Below the pieces are notes generated by a model. The model searched no databases. It was not told where the DNA came from and worked only from the letters and a program-made list of their open reading frames with translations. The position numbers and the translations under genes were made by a program. From assembly GCA_951406725.2 (NCBI GenBank), contig OX597814.1:180172001-180236000 (forward strand): a stretch of 64,000 nucleotides of DNA, written 5' to 3'. The stretch is from Octopus vulgaris. Taxonomy: Eukaryota. This document shows, piece by piece, positions 12,998-26,092 of this stretch; the first letter of the stretch is position 1, and every line of letters starts with the position of its first letter.

Positions 12998-15873
12998 GTA
13001 AGTTTTTTTTTATACGAAACCAGTTGTTCTTTAGATTCTTTTACACCTTGTTCCTCCCACTTTCATCAAGTATGTATGTATACACACACACATACATAGA
13101 TACATACATACATATATATACATGTATGTATGTAATTAATGAGAGAGACGGAAGACGGAAGATATGAGAATTTTTAATGATCACTACACTACCAGGTGTA
13201 TACCATATGATTTATTAATTCATTGGACAGTAACTACATATATACACACACTTATATGTACTTATATACATAGAATCATGTATAAAGACGCCCACACCTA
13301 TTTATATATTTGTGTAGTGTTTTGCTTGCTAGTGCAACATATATTTAAAACTGGTAAGTGGTCTTCTTAAAATGTAAGGCTGATTCAGTTATAACATAAA
13401 ATATTAGTAATCGTGAAATATCTAACTACTATGCATGAGGGTGGAGAGTGTATCAGACAATCAATCGATTGGTGGTTCGCATTTTCTCACCAACAGTACA
13501 TAGTGTGTCCGTCGACGAAACACATAAGTCTCAAATTATTCAGTCAACATAATTATAAACATCTCAAGGTAGAAGGCTACTGACACTGTAACATTTTAAT
13601 TCGTAAAGCTGAGTGCCGCCCCCTCCATCCACCCCAAAGTAAATGGCTTGAGATATACACGAAGAAACGAATCCAAAGTAATCTTCCGTTCTTGTTGAGT
13701 CAAGAAGAAGGAGAAGGAGAAAGAGAAGAAGAAGAAGAAGAAGAAGAAGAAGAAGAAGAAGAAGAAGAAGAAGAAGAAGAAGAAGAAGAAGAAGAGAGTA
13801 GTAGTCACATTTTGTTTGTTTAACTTATTCCTTTATTAATTTAGTGGCGTTTATGTTCGCGTATGTATATGCACTTTTTTGTTTAGCCAGAGAGGCAAGG
13901 ACAGGGCCCGTGGATCTTCATTTTTGCAGGCCCTCTAATACTGATGAGAGAAAGAGAGTAAGTTATTCCCAAACCGATGAACTGGCCTGAATGCTTGCAT
14001 TTAGTCAACAGTGTGAACTCGGCTAAAAGTCCTTTATAACAAAGAGAGCTTTTAAACAGGGCGATGAATTCGGTCTACCACCAAAAGACTCAGAACACAA
14101 AACCTCAGATACATGTAGCATATCTCATCAACGTTACTTCGCAGCTTTGGACTGGCACTTCATTTTATCAACTACTAAAGTATAATAAGAAAAGTTGACC
14201 TCGGTGGAATTTGAACTCAGACGTTAAAAGGCCGCGTATTGGGATCGAACCTGGAGCTGTGTGGTAGTGAAAAGAACTTTTTAACTATATGGTCTTGCCG
14301 ATATCTGTATGAATCTCTTAAGCACAACAATTTCCGCGCTTCTTTGTTGACGTGAAACAAGTACCGCATCATCTGTAAGCGCCTAGCAATGCCCGAACCA
14401 TCTGTTAGCATAACACGAGTGTTGCATCACTTGTGAGCATAGATTGTAAGCTGATTGAGTCGTTAGCGTGAAATCTGAACTGCTTTAGATGTCAGGAATG
14501 AAATAATATGAGCACATCGAAATATACATAATGGTGTTGTTTGCCTTAAGGTATTTTGTATGAAATTATGTATTATAAAAGCCTGTTGAATACACATGTG
14601 ACTGTACATATGCGTATACATGCATTACCAAATATTACTCTCATCTTCTTAACCGAAAACTATTATGTCAATGCAAAAGAGCAATAAACCTTGGCTGTTA
14701 TTATTAGTAATTGCTTCAAGGTATTAAACTGGAAGAAATCTTTAGAATGTCGGGCAAAATCCATTGCGGTATTTCTTCTGGATCAAATCTTGCAATTTAT
14801 CTTTCTGGGCCCAATAAAATAAAGTACTATTCAAGTACTGAAGTCAACTCACCTCTTCCTACAAAACTTTTGGTCTTGTTCCTAAATCCGTTTGTCTGTT
14901 CTTATTTGTCCTCTCTATGTTTAGCCCTTGTGGGTAGTAAAGAAATAGGTCTTGTTCCTAAATTACAAATCATTTTAAGTGTAATGGATTGGCAGAATAT
15001 TTGCACGTTGGACAAAATGCTGTTAGGTATTCGATCTGACTGTTTACGTTCTGAATTCAAATTCCGCCAAGATCAATTTTGCCTTTCATCCTTTCGGGTT
15101 CAAAAAAAAAAAATACTAGTCACGTACTGAAATCGATAAAATCGACCAGCTCTTCCTCTCAAAATTGTTGAACTTTTTCCAAAAGGTGAAGCAATTAAAG
15201 TGACGAGCTGGCAGGATCGTTAACGCGTCGGGCAAAAATGCTTTCCGGTATTTCTTCCGGCTCTTTCATTCTGAGATCAAATCCTGCCTATGTCAGCTTT
15301 ACCTTTTATCTTTTCGGGATCTATAGAATAAAACACCAGTCAAGTATTGGGAGCGATGTAATCGATTACTTCTAAAGTTGTGGACCTCGTGCCACAAGTT
15401 GATAATATTATTATGATTACTACGTTGGTAGTTTAGAATTTGGTTAGTTTGCAACGCACAAGGTGTATCAACCGACATTCAAACAATTCCATAAAACCAC
15501 TGCTCTTGCATTACTACTTCATCTATTGATCTTTAAGGGTGAAAATCAATGTTGACCTCAGCGAGAAGTGAACTCAGAACCTAAGAAGTTTGAATAAATA
15601 ATACAAATCATTTCATTCAACACTCTAACACTGTTGGCATCTTACAACCTGTTGGTCTTATTGTTGCTGTGGTGATGGTCATCGTCGTCATTGCTGTTGT
15701 GGTTATTGTTGTCACTAAACCCCTGGTTAGCCCTGAGACATTTGTTATGATCATCCCGTGTGATTTCTTTCCTAAATACGAAGAACCAAGAAACAAAGTT
15801 TTCAATGCACCCCACCCTTTTTTTAGTGGTGATGTTACTGCAGTTGTACACGATGTATATATATATATATACA

Positions 15874-16252
15874 CGAGCAAAACGCCCCCCGTCCAATGGA
15901 CGGTGCTGAGTTGTCAAACATTTAAACCAAATTTTCTCAAAACAACTTGTCCGACCGTCCCATAGGCTTCCCCTTAGAGAAACACTGATTTAACCTAAAT
16001 TTGAAACACCGTGCATTTTTCTCGCGTGCGCGTATTATCGATCGCAACAGCTGATGTACTTGCGCGTACAAATGCACGTTTCCACGGCTTTATCGATCGC
16101 ATTCTCACCTGGAATCGATTTTTGTAATTTTTTTCAAGACTTATACACGCCCTGATACCGTCGGTATCTACATATCAAATTTGAGCGTAATCGGATGGAA
16201 GATGCCCGAGATCCTAGAAGACACACACAGAGACAGAACGGATTTTATATAA
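15874..16252 (-). mobile_element. Helitron-like non-autonomous element (different family)
   Basis: Minus strand starts TATATAAAATCCGTTCTGTCT and ends with hairpin CCGTCCATTGGACGG followed by CTCG|T. Confidence 0.55.
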
Positions 16253-16270
16253 TATATATATATATATATA

Positions 16271-16981
16271 TAACAATAATAAATCTCTAAGCGAGGTATA
16301 AACAGTAACTGCTCTGTAATATAAGCGGGACCAGCCATCTGAATGTGGCTAGGGACAGGGCGGGGTGGTGGGGGTGTTACTGATGCATTTAGCCCCAGGC
16401 GACTATAGACGTCACCAGGAGAGCCGACACCATCACGGTGTCCTTGCTAGCCTGTAAAGGGAGATCAGCCTCCCCGAAGAAACGGATGTTACACACGGAC
16501 CGGTTTCGAGGTATTGCCTCTCGTCAGCGCATGGCAAACACCGTTCTTCGTTGAGGGACTTCCTCCACAGGCTAGAAATATATAGATTTTCACTGTAAAC
16601 ACAGTCACTGGCGTCGAAAATCTGTTCGATAACAATAATAAATCTCTAAGCGAGGTATAAACAGTAACTGCTCTGTAATATAGGCTGGTCCCGCTTATAT
16701 TACAGAGCAGTTACTGTTTATATTTCTAGCCTGTGGAGGAAGTCCCTCAACGAAGAACGGTGTTTGCCATGCGCTGACGAGAGGCAATACCTCGAAACCG
16801 GTCCGTGTGTAACATCCGTTTCTTCGGGGAGGCTGATCTCCCTTTACAGGCTAGCAAGGACACCGTGATGGTGTCGGCTCTCCTGGTGACGTCTATAGTC
16901 GCCTGGGGCTAAATGCATCAGTAACACCCCCACCACCCCGCCCTGTCCCTAGCCACATTCAGATGGCTGGTCCCGCTTATA
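16271..16981. mobile_element. Retrozyme/Penelope-pLTR-like fold-back element A (359-nt unit, partial tandem repeat, inverted arms) in (TA)n
   Basis: 53-nt direct repeat at 16271-16323 and 16630-16682. Segments 16683-16722 and ~16719-16981 are reverse complements of parts of the unit. Carries a hammerhead motif and is flanked by (TA)n. Confidence 0.8.
16768..16809 (+). ncRNA. Minimal type-I hammerhead ribozyme motif (mirror copy on - strand at ~16492-16533)
   Basis: CATGCG-CTGACGA-GAGG caata CCTC-GAA-ACCGGT-C^CGTGTG. Canonical core, 4-bp stem II, palindromic stem III, GUC triplet, stem I with two G-U pairs. Confidence 0.85.
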
Positions 16982-17049
16982 ATATATATATATATATATA
17001 AAGTATAATACACAGACGGCTATTTTAATCTAATATTGCTTCTCTTGCA

Positions 17050-17780
17050 TATATAGGATATATATTTAGCCAGGTACCTAATTGCAACACCGGTGGATTT
17101 TCAATCACTATTTCCCTACATTAGTAGCGCAATATATATCGATAACACAAAGGAGAGGAAAACAAATGAGTGTCTGTCAGAGACACGAAACCAGCCAGAT
17201 CCGAGGATCCACTTCTGAGGTTGTGGCAGAGATGTCAGAGAGGAGAGAAAACAGCACATGTGAGCAAGAGGCTGGAATGTGTTTTTAAGAGTGACTTCTT
17301 GCTAATCAAACGAATAGCTTTTCCTTAGTACTGGGCTGAGACAGCTGCATGTGTAGCAACAGCACTGAGCTGATGCTCTCCATTGTGAATTTCACCTGAG
17401 CCGTGCAGAAGGCAAAAGCGGAAACCTTAGATTTCCAATCTCTCACGGCAATCGAACTATCGACATTCTGAGAAAAAAATATGAACAATAGTGTCTACAT
17501 TGGCAAGAATCCAAAAGTGTCTTCGTAAGATATCAGTAATTTCGAACTCCGTGAGAAGTGAGAAATTTGAGAATCAAGGATCTCACTACCTAACGGAGAG
17601 TAGGGAAAGGTGAAGATGCTGTTAACCTGGCAGTCTTCATTTGAGTAAATAAACTGTGGATGCTACTGTAAAATGCTTGAAGTATCAGAGCATTGTAGTG
17701 ATTCAGTGTCTATTTCAGCCAAGATTGGAAGCTTGTCAATATAGCCTCTTTAAGTATAAAAAGTGACTCACGTTCTATCT
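17050..17780 (-). mobile_element. Highly degenerate CR1/Jockey-group LINE ORF2 C-terminal relic
   Basis: Minus-strand fragments AVATHAA..KAIRLI..QPLAH, with many stops and frameshifts. Confidence 0.4.
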
Positions 17781-18049
17781 CTCTCGTTGGAAATGACATG
17801 ATTATTATTACGAATACCAATTCAATCTTTGCTGTCACCAATTATAAATACCACATCGTCACTTTTGTGATGTAATCACTATCACTATCACCACTACCAT
17901 CACCATCATTGTTATCGCTGTAGTCGTAAGTAACCTTTGTAACAGTGACTACCACCACTACTGTCACGATCGTACCACCTCTAGTTACCACCAGCATCGC
18001 AACAATTTTAATCACCACCATCAACTATGCACTTGCTATCACTACCACA

Positions 18050-18081
<32 letters not shown>

Positions 18082-18643
18082 CACAACCACCCTCTCTACC
18101 ACTACCTATTTCTTTACTACTCACAAGGGGCTAAACATAAAGTGGACAAACAAGGACAGACAAACGGATTAAGTCGATTATATCGACCCCAGTGCGTAAC
18201 TGGTACTTTATTTGTCGACCTCGGCGGAATTTGAACTCAGAACGTAACGGCAGACGAAATACGGCTACGCATTTCGCCCGGCGTGCTAACGTTTCTGCCA
18301 GCTAGCCGCGTCTCTACCATCACTGTCGAAGGAATCTCTATGGGATCGCTCGACCTATTGAAAATAGCAGCCAAACTTCTCTGAAATCACATTCCACCGT
18401 TTTTAAAATACAAGACAGGTTCATTGGAAAACCTAATCCAGGACATGAATAAAACGAGATGGGCGTGAGTAGAACGCCTTTGACCATAATTCTACTTTAT
18501 TAGGAGTTCCAATGGGGCTGCAAATAAATTCTACTGCCATCGTATCGCTAACCATCAACCATAATTTAACCACTACATCGCCAACCACCAAAAACCATAC
18601 TTATCATAGATTATAACTGTTTCTTCATTATCTCTTATTTATG

Positions 18644-19209
18644 TTGGGTTGTCCGGAAAGTTCGTGCCGATTTATAGTAGCTTACCTTTTGACTTATTTT
18701 AGAACATGGTTGAGTCCATGAAATAGGATTTGACTTCACCTCCATTTACAGCACAGTTTAAGCTATCTTTTCGTGGAAGAAAGTTTATGTTCCTATAAAA
18801 TGTGTTAATTTTGTAACCCTTTAAAAAGGAAGATAAGAAAGTTCATTTTCGGCACTTGATGTTTTGGGAACCAGACAAAAATTGCTGCAGCTCGGCTGGG
18901 ATGTGTTACCCCACCCTCCATATTCACCAGATATTGCTCCTTCGGATTTCCACTTATTCAGGTCTCTGCAGAATAGTCTTAATAGTAGAAATTTCAATTC
19001 TTTGGATGACGTAAAAAGATACCTTGATGAATTCTTTGTCATGAAACTACCCCAGTTCTGGGAAGAGGGTATTTTCAAGTTAAAGGAAAGATGGAGACGC
19101 ATTGGGCAACAAAATGGTTCATATTTGGTTGGTTAAAAATGTAATGGCAAGTATTTATTGGCCTTTTTCTTTCCTTTAAAAATCGGCACGAACTTTCCGG
19201 ACAACCCAA
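18644..19209 (+). mobile_element. Internally deleted mariner element with transposase C-terminal fragment
   Basis: TIRs TTGGGTTGTCCGGAAAGTTCGTGCCGATTT and reverse complement. ORF 18864..19136 has LGWDVLPHPPYSPDIAPSDFHLF (mariner YSPDLAP.D motif). Confidence 0.92.
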
Positions 19210-19266
19210 TATTTATTATTATATTTTCGTATTTATTTTTACTATATTTCTATTCTCTTTTCGCAG

Positions 19267-19636
19267 ACCAAATACGAAGTGCAATGCTTTCCGAACACCA
19301 CTTTCTTCCCGTTCGACATCCAGATCTGCTCCTTGATACTAGGATCAGAGATTTACAACATTCGCCACATGGACATGAATTTTGTCAACCGACCCATCCC
19401 TTCATGGAACATTGACAAACATCCGCTGTGGAAGGTGGAACGCATAACTACCGAGAAGATCCTCAATAAGTGTTCAGGGTGTGACGTACCCTATGTTAAC
19501 CTGAAGATAAACTTTCACTTCTCACGTCATGCGACTGTTCCTTTCTACACGTTCGTGCTGCCGTGTTTTCTGCTGTCTTCTCTCAGCCTTGTCCTTTTCT
19601 TGTTACCATCAGATTTTGCCGACAAAGTCACTTTAG
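19267..19636 (+). CDS. nAChR-like subunit exon: Cys-loop, loops B/F/C, M1 and start of M2
   Basis: Acceptor ctcttttcgcAG, donor G|gtcagt. Encodes TKYEVQ-C-FPNTTFFPFDIQI-C (C-x13-C with FPFD), then M1 FYTFVLPCFLLSSLSLVLFLLP, then SDFADKVTL. Overlaps ORF 19279..19644. Confidence 0.95.
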
Positions 19637-21221
19637 GTCAGTAAATCATGGCACATTTCCTGATGCCATCTTTTATATTGCTTCTGTTTGATACGTGCAT
19701 GTTAATTTTGGTACCAGTAAGTCATTAAAGGCGGCGAGCTAGCAGAACCGCAAGCATGCTGAACAAAATACTTAGGGGCATTTCATCTAGTTTTGAGTTC
19801 AAATTTCGCCGAAATCAACTTTGCCTTTCATCCTTTCGAGGTCGATAACATAAGTGCCACTTCAAAACTGGGGCCGATGTAATCAACTTATCCACTCCTC
19901 ACGAAAACGCTGGCCTTGCGCCAAAATTTGAACCCAGTAGGTCATTATTATAGGCAACGAGCTAGCAGAATCGTTAGCGTGTCGGTCAAAATGTTTAACG
20001 GATTTTGTTTTCTGCCTTTTACATTCCAAGTTCAAATTCCACCGTAGTTTCCTTTGCCTTTCATACTCTCGGGGTCGATAAAATAAGTACCAGATAAGCA
20101 CTTGGGTCAATGTAACCAATTAGACCCATCACTCAATATTTCAGGTCTTGTGCCTGTAGTAGAAAGAAACATGTCATTATCAACATCTTGTAACATTGTT
20201 TTTTGCACGTTATGCTCAGATAACTGTTACCTCTATCTGATTTGTTATTGCTAAAAACAATGTACTTGACTGTATGCCTGTCTGGTATCTTCATGTGTAT
20301 ATCATTGCCTTTCATTAACGCGCTATTAACCAACTCCCTGATACGTGGCTGCTGATGGGCTATCAATACGTTAACACCAGTTAGCTACTGTCCGTCAGTT
20401 ATCAATACATTCTAACCAACCGGCCTTTGGCAATAATGTATTGATAACAGACATTGTGAGGAAAATGTGTTGATTATTGCAACAAAGAGAAGGAAATCTA
20501 TCTATTGGTGAACTGAACCCGGAATAAATTGGTGCACGCAAGATATCACAAACAGTTTACACAATGGTCTGTCTACAATGACAGGTTTGGAGACTGGATT
20601 CTGTTCCAGGACGGAGCATTTCCAAAATGATCACCAACAGCTTGGTAAACTTGTTAATGTATAATAAAATGTTCTGTCAAGAAATTCTATGAAACACCAG
20701 CAAGGGATTTGAAGCCATGATCCACGAGAATGTAAGTGCAATGTAATTCTCGATTAAGCAGAAGCATTGTATAATTGAGAAAGTTTGTGGGTGGAGCTTC
20801 GTCGTTTGATTAATTACCTGTGCGTTGTAAGATTACTCGATCGAGGCTCATCTGGGGCTACACGAGAACAACGACAACGTAGACACTTGATCATCTCACC
20901 ATTACAAGAAAACAACAATCCTATAGCTTTATCAGGAAAAAAAAAACAAATTGGTTTATTAATGAGTATCATTTGTGTAACGAATTTGAAAAGTCATTAA
21001 GAAACCAGATAAAACGCTTTGGATTACATCGACCCCAGTGCGTAACTGGTACTTATCTAATCGACCCCGGCAGAATTTGAACTCAGAACGTAACAGCAGA
21101 CGAAATACCGCTAGGCATTTCGCCCGGCGCGCTAACGCTTCTGCCAGCTCGCCGCCTTATTTCACGTTGTTCCAGCCTACTTAGCTAAAAATAAATACCA
21201 GCCAATTACTGCTGAAGCACC

Positions 21222-21317
<96 letters not shown>

Positions 21318-21564
21318 GCTGTCATGCCCTTAATCTTCCATTGGTTAAAGGTAGGAAGGCCGAAAGGATGCCTAAATATTTTCGGTAATGTATAGGCACC
21401 TAAAGCAATTAGCAAAAGCTTGATACACGCTGCCAAGTCGTACACGCTTGAGAATGAGGGTTATGGTTTTGCTAAAAAGTACTTTTGATTTTGACATCAG
21501 ACCACAAATTTTGTAATAAGGATGTAATTAATTCTATTGTACTTCAATATTTGACTGGTACTTA

Positions 21565-21891
21565 GGATCTTTTCACTTTGACCGGCAGATTTGAAAAATA
21601 ATTTTTTGTAACTAAACAATTTAAACTTCGTATACTGGTAGAATGTGTCACATAAAACATCTTTTTCCCTTGGCAGTAATTGTATTTACCTCAATAGACG
21701 TCATCGCTTGGTTGAAATTGCCGAAATACGAAAAATTTAACAAGAAATAGCTTACAAACTACAGAGTTTTCTCAAGGACGCCAAGAGAATAAGATGTTTT
21801 ATGTGACACATTCTACCAGTATACGAAGTTTAAAAGTGTTTAATTACAAAAAATTATTTTTTAAAATCTGCCGGTCAAAGTGAAAAGATCC
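21565..21891. mobile_element. Palindromic MITE with GG-starting TIRs and 8-bp TSD (Merlin-like)
   Basis: ~110-bp TIRs GGATCTTTTCACTTTGACCGGCAG.../...CTGCCGGTCAAAGTGAAAAGATCC. TSD GGTACTTA at 21557-64 and 21892-99. Inserted in a SINE relic. Confidence 0.85.
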
Positions 21892-22103
21892 GGTACTTAT
21901 TTTATCGACCAATGGGAAAGTAATAATATCACCAAGTATGATTTGAACTCAGAATGTAAATATGTGTCAATAAAGACCATTAGATGGCAACGATGACAAC
22001 GAAGACGACGAGGAGGAGGAGGAGGAACATGATGATGATGATGATGATGACATTGGTAATGGCGATGATGAAGTATTATTATATTCATTTGTCTTTTATC
22101 TAG

Positions 22104-22187
22104 GCTTCGGATTATTCATGGCGTTCTTCGTCCTTTTATTGTATCTCGTATCAGTTCTGCCACCTTCACAAGAGCTTCCTTATTTTG
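22104..22187 (+). CDS. nAChR-like subunit exon: M2 pore helix and M2-M3 loop
   Basis: Acceptor gtcttttatctAG, donor G|gtaagt, 84 nt, phase 1-1. Encodes (G)FGLFMAFFVLLLYLVSVLPPSQELPYF(G). Not in the ORF track. Confidence 0.92.
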
Positions 22188-23058
22188 GTAAGTTACTCCT
22201 TTGAAGAATGTCTTTTGAAAACGTTTTCAGATTGGCGTCCTTCCCAACCAATTCAGTGTAACTGCTCTATTAGCGTAACCTCTATGTGTGTGTGTGTATC
22301 AGTGCGTTTGTATGTGTGCGTATGTACGTATGTACCTACATATGTATGGACGTATGTATGTATGTATGTACTATAAATGCATCCATGTGCATAAATACAA
22401 ATACATGTGTGTGTGCATGTATGGGTATATATAAATGCATGCATGCCTTTGTATGCATGCATGTATGTATGTATGATTAAATACATATACGTGTGTGTGT
22501 GCATGTATGGGTATATATAAATGCAAGTATGCCTTTGTATGTATGCATGCATGTATGTATGCATGCATGTATGTATGCATGCATATATGTATGTATGTAT
22601 GTATGTATTCATGTATGTATGTGTGTGTGTGTGTCCATGCATGCATACGTATGTATGTAAGTGAATCAAGAAGAAGGTAAGGATTGAAGTGTTGACCTGC
22701 ATTGGCCATTAATTCAGAACATCATTAAATATAATCATTCCAATGTAAAGAGACTTATGGTGATTTATGTTGGCAGGAATAAGTGTAGTAAAAAGGGAAA
22801 AAAAGTCAGGTATATCCATGTGCTGTAGTGTCAGTATGGACGATGGCTTTTGGTTAATTTAATTAAATATCAAGCCAAGAGGTTGACAGTTCGTATTGTG
22901 ACTCCGAGGAACCTGTACGTGGTCAAGCAGTCTTCTAGAAATTGTAGTCAAATCTCACTCAATTCATACTTATGAGTCTTAAATGAAAATGTGATTACTG
23001 AATACGTTTATATATTTGTTTTGCAAGATTTTTCATGTGAAACCGTTTGTTGAAACAG

Positions 23059-23458
23059 ATATTGTTGTATTTAGGAATGGTCATTTTGCCAGTTTAGCCA
23101 ATAGAAACACACGCACTATATATTTGGTGTTACTTTGCTTCAGCGTTATTTATTTTTTACATTAAGCTTAATCTTATTTCGGCCAGAGTTCTTTCGTCAC
23201 ACTCCTGTGACCGCATCAGTGGTCCTTTGCTTTCTTCTTTCTTATTTGTGTGTCTCTCCTTACCAACGGTCAGCCATTTTGTATTTTGTATTTCTATTGT
23301 ATGTGTCTTCATTTGCGCATGCGTATATCTCTATGTGCGTCTATGTTTAGTAGTCTGTGGGGGGGATGTCTGTAATATTTGTATCTCCTGTTTATATACA
23401 TTCGTGTAATTTGTTTTTGTTTATTTATTTTTTATTTTGTTCATGTGCTTACACACAC

Positions 23459-23501
<43 letters not shown>

Positions 23502-23520
23502 GTATTATTATGTATGTATG

Positions 23521-23567
<47 letters not shown>

Positions 23568-23759
23568 TAATAATAATAAAATGTTTATAGTTATTTACTG
23601 ATGCGGTCACAGGAGTGTGACGAAAGAACTCTGGCCGAAATAAGATTAAGATTAATGTGAAAAATAAATAACGCTGAAGCAAAGTAACACCAAATATATA
23701 GTGCGTGTATTTTTTATTGGCTAAACTGGCAAAATGACCATTCCTAAATACAACAATAT
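23059..23759. mobile_element. Penelope-terminus-like fold-back element C with hammerhead-like motif
   Basis: ~160-bp inverted arms at 23059-23220 and 23597-23759 around a spacer with (TTA)n/(TAA)n. Arm contains CTGATGCG-GTCACA ggag TGTGAC-GAAA-GAACTC-TGG. Confidence 0.6.
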
Positions 23760-23826
23760 GATTATTGAATAGTTCTACATACTTACAAAGTGATCGATCA
23801 CAGATGGGCTGCCTTTTATCATTGTA

Positions 23827-24214
23827 CTAGAGGTATCGCCCGGCGTTGCTCGGGTTTGTTTCGATCCTTTAGAATTGGAATTTTTGAAAAGTAAAACTTT
23901 TGCATTATGTAGCTTGTTATTCTCTTTAAGTGAACATTTTTCTGGTTGAAATACACCGAAAAATGGCGACACAGCAGTCAAAAAATCGGAAAAAATCGGG
24001 ATTTTCATAGAAAAAAGCACATTTTGGTGTAAATAATTTTTGGTGTTAACATGGTCCGATTTGAATTTTATCTTCTACGGAATGAAGAGCAAGCCTTCTT
24101 CTATCATACTCTCAATTTTGGTTAACTTGCGCTGCAGGGTCTCGGAGGAGATAGTGTTAGTTGAAGGCTACCAAACCTGCCATACACAGACAAATTCAGC
24201 TTTATATATATAGA
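23827..24214 (-). mobile_element. Non-autonomous Helitron
   Basis: Minus strand A|TCTATATATATAAAGCTG...CCCGAGCAACGCCGGGCGATACCT-CTAG|T. Confidence 0.82.
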
Positions 24215-25169
24215 TTGTAACTCTTAGGATTCTCTACGTAGTCAAGAAATCTTCTAAAAATTGCAGTCAAGTCTCCCTCAATTCATACCGATGAGCCTTA
24301 AAAGAAAATTGGTATATTGAATAATTTAGTTCTACATAGCAACAAAGTGACTGAACACAGATAGGGTGTCTTTTATTATAGATAAATTCGGTTAGGGTTC
24401 GTCTGAGTTTCATTAATAAAACGCAATACTGTAATAATGGTTTCAAACTTTGGCACAAGGCCATCAATTTCAGGGAAAGGGGCAAGTCGATTATATTGAC
24501 TCCAGTGCTCAACTAGTACTCATTTTATTAACCATGAAAGAATGAAAAGCAAAGTCGATCTCGGCAGAATTTGAGCTCAGAACACGAAGACGGACGAAAT
24601 GCCTATTTCTTTACTACCCACAAGGGGCTAAACACAGAGAGGACAAACAAGGACAGACAAACGGATTAAGTCGATTATATCGACCCCAGTGCGTAACTGG
24701 TACTTATTTAATTGACTCCGAAAGGTTGAAAGGCAAAGTCGACCTCAGCGGAATTTGAACTCAGAACACAAAGACAAACGAAATACCACTAAGCGTTTTG
24801 CTCGGCGCGGTAACGATTTTGCCGGCTTGCTGCCTTACAACATTGTAATAATGAAAAAGTTTATACATGTTCACTGGCTGGATTTCGCAAGCAAAACTTT
24901 CTCATATCACACCCTACGGCCACATGTTTAAAAAGATACGTTAGTGGAAATAGGATAATACAGTCCTTGCTAAACTATGCCTAAAAAATTAACATAGGCG
25001 AATGAGTGGCTGTGTGGTAAGTAGCTTGCTTACCAACCACATGGTTCGGGGTTCAGTCCCACTGCGTGGCACCTTGGGCAAGTGTCTTCTATTATAGCCT
25101 CGGGCCGACCAAAACCTTGTGAGTGGATTTGGTAGACGGAAACTGAAAGAAGCCCGTCGTATATATGTG

Positions 25170-25220
<51 letters not shown>

Positions 25221-25469
25221 TTGTGTGTCTGTGTTTATCCCCTCAACATCGTGGATGGAGTAATAGAGAAACTATCGATGGGTTATTAAAAAGTTCAAAT
25301 TCACCAAAAGTGTTTCGGTGTCTTTGCTGAACTCACCTCCAGCCTATATTGTTTTAGTTCTCTTAGATGTAGGGAATAGGTTGACAGTTGAAAATATTAA
25401 CTGCCAGAGTCCGTTATCTTAACTAGGGAAAGACATTGTTCCTCTGCTTAACGCCATAAAGCGAGGATG

Positions 25470-25552
<83 letters not shown>

Positions 25553-26043
25553 CGTGTGCGTGTGTGTGTGTTGTGTTGTGTCTAGGAAATAAAAAATCTT
25601 GCAAATCAGATACATGTATGTACAGTATGTATGTATGTCATTATTCAGTTTATTTCAAGATTTCTTACCAATAGAGAAATAACCGGTTTCTAGCTTGATC
25701 CAAGTCTCCTTCATTGGAATTTCAACATCGACAACAGGGTATTTTTATTTGTATGTATGTATTATGTATGTATGTATGTATGTATGTATGTATGTATGTA
25801 TGTATGTATGTATGTATGTATGTATGTATATATTTATGTATGTACGTATGTATGTATAATACATATACATAAATTCATCCGGCAGTGGGACCTTGGGTCA
25901 GGAATTTCAAAGTTTCGAGGAATGTGGAATGATCTCACTGTTATTCCCAGGTTTACTGGGAATAAGTTTTCAAACAAGTGCAAATAAAATTTTAATCATA
26001 CACACATACACATGTGTGTGTGTGTGTGTATGTGTTTACATAT

Positions 26044-26089
<46 letters not shown>

Positions 26090-26092
<3 letters not shown>

